From an uncultured Oscillospiraceae bacterium (GTDB taxonomy: Bacteria > Bacillota > Clostridia > Oscillospirales > Acutalibacteraceae), in the NCBI GenBank assembly GCA_900543215.1, contig UQQR01000005.1, positions 18,769-82,768 on the forward strand: a stretch of 64,000 nt of DNA. Reading direction: 5' to 3'. The translations under genes were made by a program, and so were the position numbers. The notes beneath the pieces were generated by a model, which worked only from the letters and a program-made list of their open reading frames with translations, did no database searches and had not been told where the DNA came from. Shown here in pieces: positions 59,519 through 64,000 of this stretch (the stretch's first letter is position 1; each line of letters starts with the position of its first letter).

Positions 59519-59779
59519 TCAGTTCGCCTCGCTTTCATCACAATTATCGCTGCAGGGGCAGTCCTCACAGTCGCCGTCACAGTCAATATCGGCAATGGGA
59601 CAATTTTCGCAGTCACCGTCGCAGACGATATCCTTCGGATCGTCGATGTTCTCAATGACGATTTTGTGTCCGTCTGTGTACATCTGCATGGGGTCGCCCT
59701 CGAACATTCCGGCTTCGAGGAACAGCTCAGCAGGTACGGGAAGCATAATGATTTCTGTTTTTATCTTTTTATTCGGCAT
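59519..59779 (-). CDS. AbrB-like DNA-binding domain fused to a Cys/Asp-rich tail
   Basis: PVPAELFLEAGMFEGDPMQMYTDGHKIVIENI core, followed by CDGDCENCPIADIDCDGDCEDCPCSDNCDE. Confidence 0.5.
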   Translation of the reverse strand: MPNKKIKTEIIMLPVPAELFLEAGMFEGDPMQMYTDGHKIVIENIDDPKDIVCDGDCENCPIADIDCDGDCEDCPCSDNCDESEAN

Positions 59780-60744
59780 ACAATGTTCTCCTTTAATATT
59801 TTTTCGTAGTCGAGTGGCTTGTCGATGGAATCGAACAAGGTGAGTTGGTGGGGCTGCTGCCGTTCACGCTCAAAGAGGTCGTAATTGGCTATGAGCAGTT
59901 CGGGAAATTCTTTGCCGGCCTCGTATTTCTGCGCCATACTATGCACGCGCTTGAAGTCGAAAAAGTTATATTCCTTATATAACTCCCGGATTTCGGGGCA
60001 ATCGTTATACGACAGCAGGAATTTGCCTTTCATACCCGCAAGGGCATGGTAGAGCCGCAGATGATCCTCCCATGTGAAGCCGCAGTCATACACATATTCG
60101 CTTGTGAAGTATGGCGGATCGCAATAGGTGAAGGTCGTCGGACGGTCATAGTGCTTTATAAGGGTTTCAAAGTCCTGGTTTTCTATCACCACATTCTCGC
60201 AGCGCTTGGCAAAGTCCTGCACGAGTGAAAACAGCGTTCTGAGGGAAAACGGCTGACAGGCAAAGGACTTGCATCCGCTGGAATAACTGTAGCGGATGAG
60301 CTTCAGAAACATAGCGGCTCTGCGCAGGTCGTGGTCGTTCCGTGCCGCCGAATACAGCGTCCGTACTTCCTTTGCGGTTACTTCCGGCAGCAGTATTTCC
60401 GTGAGGTCAAGCTGTGCCTTTAGGTAGTCCTCATTAAATTCCTCTTTTTCAAAGAACTTTTTCAGCACGGCAAAATCGTCACGGGAATTCAGGCTTAAAA
60501 AGCCCAGCTCTCGGATGAATTCCATAGGGCGGTCGCGCATACAGCGGAACAGATTGACGAGGTTGTGGTTGTAATCGTTGAACACCTCGAATTTGTCCGG
60601 CACGGGCTTCCCAAGCAGTACCGCACCGGAGCCGCCGAACGGCTCAACATAGCGGTCACAGCCTATGGGGAACAGAGCGTACAGGATATGCAGGATCGAG
60701 GTTTTGTTGCCGATCCATGTTACGGGGGATTTTATTTTGATCAC
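59761..60744 (-). CDS. orphan Dam-family N6-adenine DNA methyltransferase
   Basis: Motif I PFGGSGAVLL and motif IV DPPY. No adjacent restriction endonuclease. Confidence 0.8.
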   Translation of the reverse strand: MIKIKSPVTWIGNKTSILHILYALFPIGCDRYVEPFGGSGAVLLGKPVPDKFEVFNDYNHNLVNLFRCMRDRPMEFIRELGFLSLNSRDDFAVLKKFFEKEEFNEDYLKAQLDLTEILLPEVTAKEVRTLYSAARNDHDLRRAAMFLKLIRYSYSSGCKSFACQPFSLRTLFSLVQDFAKRCENVVIENQDFETLIKHYDRPTTFTYCDPPYFTSEYVYDCGFTWEDHLRLYHALAGMKGKFLLSYNDCPEIRELYKEYNFFDFKRVHSMAQKYEAGKEFPELLIANYDLFERERQQPHQLTLFDSIDKPLDYEKILKENIVCRIKR

Positions 60745-60980
60745 CTCACTTTGAGGCGGTCAACCGTTCCGAAAACAAAAAAAGCGGTATCTTTCGTTCT
60801 CAAAACGATCGATACCGCCGTGGATTTATTGCTTATTCTGTTTTAGTTCTCTCTTTGGCACGGAGCCTGCGTATCTCGTCCTCGTACTCGTTGATGCGGT
60901 TGATTTGCATACATTCGAGAATACAAAAACTAACGCACCCGCCGAGGAGCAGGCCGATCATGAGCATGGCAATTTCCATT

Positions 60981-61325
60981 TTACATTCCTCCCATCGTGA
61001 TTTCTTCGTCTTCATCGGGAAACAGCTCGGCAGACTGCACTGCGTCCTCTCCGAGTCCTTGCAACAGTGCGTTAAACTGCTCGATGTCGCAGCATTGGCG
61101 AATACCGTATGCGGCGCACAGATCTCGGTAATAGCCGAGCTCCATATCATCTCTGTCCATAAGGAGATTTTCATTCAGTTCAAGCCAAGCCTTGCTTTGC
61201 TCCCAACATACGCAAAGGGAGGTCGGGAAGCCGCCTGTTTGGTCGCACTGAAAATCCGGCGAAGTATATACCTCGCCGGATGCGTAAAGCTCTGCGGTTT
61301 TCTTTTGCAGTTCGTCATAGGTCAT
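60981..61325 (-). CDS. acidic hypothetical ICE protein
   Basis: 114 aa. It overlaps spurious ORF 60833-61174, and a 45-aa single-TM peptide (MEIAMLMIGLLLGG...) may be encoded at 60833-60970. Confidence 0.45.
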   Translation of the reverse strand: MTYDELQKKTAELYASGEVYTSPDFQCDQTGGFPTSLCVCWEQSKAWLELNENLLMDRDDMELGYYRDLCAAYGIRQCCDIEQFNALLQGLGEDAVQSAELFPDEDEEITMGGM

Positions 61326-61900
61326 AAGCGCATACCCATCCCTTCGTCCTCGGATTCATCCTCGCCGCCCGTTATATTAACATATTCTCTGATAATACCG
61401 AGAGCTTCGTCATAGCTGCCGCAGCCGGTGATGCGCCCGGTCATTTCCGATGCCTGTTCCGCAAGTCCGTTATGGCGGAGAGTTCGGGCGGCAAGCCCCA
61501 TAAGGTTGAAGATGTTTCCGTCCTCGCCGATGAGCCTGCAGTCGGGCTTTTCCTGTTCGGGCGCGGCTTCATCAACAAAGCCGCCGAGCTTGTTCGGCAC
61601 ATAGTCCGACAGCCATGTACCGCCGAACTGCTCATGGGAACGCAACCGCCACATGGCGAGCTTGCCCATGTCGATTTCCAACCCGTCCTCAAAGGGAAAG
61701 AGGATATTGGTGAGTTCACCGTTTTGGAATACCGAGATGTTTTCAAATCTGCTGTCGTTTTTCAATATACCCTCATCGGTGAGCAGACCGTTGATGCCGT
61801 CAAGCCACTCCTGCGGGTCGCCGCCGCAGCCCTGTAAAATAAGTCCTTCCTTACCGTTCATCCGGCGTAATTCCTCTGTTTTTACGGTTTTAATGCTCAT
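61322..61900 (-). CDS. hypothetical ICE protein
   Basis: Start at MSIKTVKTEEL, with a 4-nt overlap with the upstream gene stop. Confidence 0.5.
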   Translation of the reverse strand: MSIKTVKTEELRRMNGKEGLILQGCGGDPQEWLDGINGLLTDEGILKNDSRFENISVFQNGELTNILFPFEDGLEIDMGKLAMWRLRSHEQFGGTWLSDYVPNKLGGFVDEAAPEQEKPDCRLIGEDGNIFNLMGLAARTLRHNGLAEQASEMTGRITGCGSYDEALGIIREYVNITGGEDESEDEGMGMRL

Positions 61901-63465
61901 AACTGCATACCTCCCATCTGCATGGTTTCGTCCTGGGCTTCTTCCTCGGCAAATTCCTCTGCCGTCATTTCTTCTCCCAAGAAGTTTGGCTCGGTGTCCT
62001 CGTCCAGTGAGATATATCCGCACTCTCCGAAGTCCAGTGCTTCTTTCAGAAGCACCGTGCCACCGTGGTTAACGCCCACTCTCGGCTCTACCGAACAAAA
62101 GCGGCCGCCGTCGTCGCTGTGGCGGAGGTCATAGGCATACAAGCCTTCGGGGATCTGTTCGGGCATGAGCCGTCCGTTGCTGAACAGCGCTCTGCGGTCA
62201 AGCACCTCAATGACATCCAGCTTTTCCTCGGTCATCGCCTGCGTTTTCAGTTCCTTTGCCTCCGGCTTGTCATACGGAACGGGCTTGAACAGATGGCCGT
62301 TTCGGGCGGAAATAACGCCGTAATCCGTAACGGCTGCACCGAGGCGACCGAGCAGCTTATCCGCCTCATTTCTCGGAAGCAGATTTTCAAGCCACCTGCT
62401 GTCGAACTCCGTGCTTGTGTTTTCAAGAATATACTTCTTGAAGAAGACATCCGCAGTGTCAGGTTCGGCAGTAAATTCATAACGCCACAGATTTTGTGCT
62501 ACATTCAGTGCGTCATAAATACTTGCCGTGTTTTCGGCATCCAAAACGGCTTTGAATTTAACCTGTTCGGCTTCGCTCATGATGCTGATTCCCGCAGCAA
62601 GCTTATTGAGCGTTTGGACATCGCTCATGCTGCCAAACATCTCCGAGGTGATCTGCGGAATTACCGAGTCAAAGCCATAGTACACGCAATCGCCGATGTC
62701 TGCTTCATTAAATGCCGCAGCATAATTGGCGAGTATGTCGTTTGCCATTGGAAGGTCAAGCCAAATAGCCCTATCTACAGGATCACCCTTGATATGCTCC
62801 GGCGTACCCGATACGAGCAGGCGAATGACAAAGTCGGATGATTCGGATTCCTCGTCCGGCAAGGTCACTCCGTCATATACTTCCGGTCGGTCATAATGGA
62901 CGGTGGGGATATACAATCTGCCCTCAAATACGCCGTTATCGTTTTTCTGCTGCACTCTGCCGATCTGTTCTGCATTCAAAAACGGAACGGCACTTTCGGG
63001 GATATCTTCGAGGTCGGAGAGCAGTTCATTTTCGAAGGCAAACCGACCGAGCTCGGAAAGATTGCTCACATTATGAGCAACGGGAACGGTGTCCAAGCCG
63101 TAGGTGCAGTTGATGAGGTCTTTGATGCTGACGGGGTTTTCGTCTGCGTCGTTGAATATCTGCTCGGTCACGGCGTAAAACACGGGCAGTTCCTCGTCGG
63201 GGAGAGAAGCAAGCCGCTTGGCAAAGAAGTTCAGCTCGTCCAAGCTGAATGTGTCCAAGCGAATGTCCTGCAGCTCCGGCAGGATATCGCATTCAAGGAT
63301 GCTCACTTCAACCGTATTTTCTCTGCCGACGGCACGAGTTCTCTGCATAGCGTCTTTGGCCTCATAGTCCGCCGCAGGCAGCAGTAATTCGGCATAATAA
63401 TATCCGCCGTTAAGTGCTTTTTCGGCGGACAGCTCCAATCTCATGATTTTTCTGTTATAGTTCAT
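61897..63465 (-). CDS. 522-aa highly acidic protein (possible ArdA-like DNA-mimic anti-restriction factor with extensions)
   Basis: Strongly acidic composition, with Asp/Glu clusters (LPDEESESSDF, EEMTAEEFAEEEAQDE). It sits next to orphan MTases in the ICE leading region. Confidence 0.45.
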   Translation of the reverse strand: MNYNRKIMRLELSAEKALNGGYYYAELLLPAADYEAKDAMQRTRAVGRENTVEVSILECDILPELQDIRLDTFSLDELNFFAKRLASLPDEELPVFYAVTEQIFNDADENPVSIKDLINCTYGLDTVPVAHNVSNLSELGRFAFENELLSDLEDIPESAVPFLNAEQIGRVQQKNDNGVFEGRLYIPTVHYDRPEVYDGVTLPDEESESSDFVIRLLVSGTPEHIKGDPVDRAIWLDLPMANDILANYAAAFNEADIGDCVYYGFDSVIPQITSEMFGSMSDVQTLNKLAAGISIMSEAEQVKFKAVLDAENTASIYDALNVAQNLWRYEFTAEPDTADVFFKKYILENTSTEFDSRWLENLLPRNEADKLLGRLGAAVTDYGVISARNGHLFKPVPYDKPEAKELKTQAMTEEKLDVIEVLDRRALFSNGRLMPEQIPEGLYAYDLRHSDDGGRFCSVEPRVGVNHGGTVLLKEALDFGECGYISLDEDTEPNFLGEEMTAEEFAEEEAQDETMQMGGMQL

Positions 63466-63471
63466 TCTCGT

Positions 63472-64000
63472 TTATCCTTTCTGAAGTTGCTCTTGGTAGA
63501 TTCGCTTAATAACAGCACCGACAGCAGAAACGACAGGCACGCTTACGGCATTGCCTGCCATTTTATACAGCCTGCCGTCGCTCAGTCCCGTGGCGACTGC
63601 CTTATCGAATTGTTCATCCGCAAAGCCCTGCAAGCGCCAGCATTCTCTCGGCGTGAGCTTTCGCACTCTGCCGTAACGGAGGATACCGTGCCGGTCCTGC
63701 ACCGTAAGGGTGAACATCGGCTCGTTAGGCTCTTTGATCCAACGGCCCTGCTGACGGATGGTTTTCTTATCGGGCGTCACAACGGCTCTCGGCTCGTCCT
63801 CAATAAACACGGCGGAGTGTTCGCCCTTGTGCTTGCTGATGCCGCTGTCCTGTCGGGCAGTAATGCACCGAGCCGTTTCGGTAAGCTGCGGATCAGCGTT
63901 CATGTCGATAAAAAAATAGCCCTGCGTATTGCCGGGCGTTACGGTATGGGCGATCTTTTCTCCGACTCGGCCTCGCCGTGTATTCATTGTCGGGTAGGCA
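63472..64000 (-). CDS. C5-cytosine DNA methyltransferase, C-terminal part (N-terminus beyond window end)
   Basis: ENV-type TLTVQDRHG, RKLTPRECWRLQGF (motif IX) and MAGNAVSVPVV (motif X). The frame stays open to position 64000. Confidence 0.7.
   Translation of the reverse strand, partial: AYPTMNTRRGRVGEKIAHTVTPGNTQGYFFIDMNADPQLTETARCITARQDSGISKHKGEHSAVFIEDEPRAVVTPDKKTIRQQGRWIKEPNEPMFTLTVQDRHGILRYGRVRKLTPRECWRLQGFADEQFDKAVATGLSDGRLYKMAGNAVSVPVVSAVGAVIKRIYQEQLQKG

Larger units (their letters stand above)
44000..64000. mobile_element. left arm of a Tn916/Tn1549-like integrative conjugative element (continues beyond window end)
   Basis: Serine recombinases at the boundary next to the MATE gene, then TA toxin, sigma factor, VirB6-like and Maff2 T4SS parts, LPXTG adhesin, SpoVG, AbrB-like regulators, ArdA-like and orphan Dam and Dcm MTases. 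All are on the minus strand. Confidence 0.6.

Noticed and set aside
1-64000. CRISPR arrays, tRNA or rRNA genes
   Set aside because: No regularly spaced direct repeats and no cloverleaf-compatible 70-90-nt GC-rich segments were found. The repeats present are the IS256 duplication and the 29-mer pair only.

Overview
The gene content (IspH–RpsA fusion, DUF4317, Maff2, large serine recombinases) and a GC of about 50% in the core genes point to a Clostridia-type Firmicutes chromosome. Three host blocks are interrupted by mobile DNA.

Host block 1 (1–14.0 kb):
- serA (3' partial) and serC, a rhamnulokinase-like FGGY kinase, an FkbM methyltransferase, and the rpsF–ssb–rpsR operon.
- coaX, an ECF S-component, and a 700-bp IS200-type tnpA-only insertion.
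- fhs, a DUF4317-like gene, and a lysine-riboswitch-controlled amino-acid ABC importer.

Mosaic low-GC island (about 14.0–31.2 kb):
- An AT-rich two-gene cassette (a cytoplasmic protein plus a multi-TM membrane protein).
- Two identical, doubly-inactivated IS256 copies in direct orientation. Both carry the same 270-bp TIR-flanked miniature insertion and the same CAA>TAA nonsense codon. They bracket an operon of two ABC half-transporters plus a small pro-domain-less S8 subtilase, which resembles an orphan RiPP export and leader-cleavage module.
- A two-gene Cys/His-rich cassette of unknown function.
- A mobilization module: AAA ATPase, MobC and a relaxase.
- A large serine recombinase with a TGA stop two codons before the catalytic Ser.

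Host block 2 (31.2–44.0 kb): ispH-rpsA fusion, cmk, an HI0933-like flavoprotein, a GT2–GtrA–phosphodiester-glycosidase fusion, PAP2, ilvE, a GH27 alpha-galactosidase, AraC and MATE.

Left arm of a Tn916/Tn1549-like conjugative element (44.0 to beyond 64 kb):
- Three tandem serine-recombinase genes, the middle one lacking its catalytic domain.
- A MazF/PemK toxin and a sigma factor.
- VirB6-like and Maff2 pilin-like T4SS parts.
- A 1470-aa sortase-anchored adhesin with an N-terminal papain/CHAP-like domain.
- A CAP-domain lipoprotein, SpoVG, and two AbrB-like regulators, one with a Cys/Asp-rich tail.
- Orphan Dam and Dcm methyltransferases and acidic putative anti-restriction proteins.

No CRISPR array, rRNA or tRNA was found.
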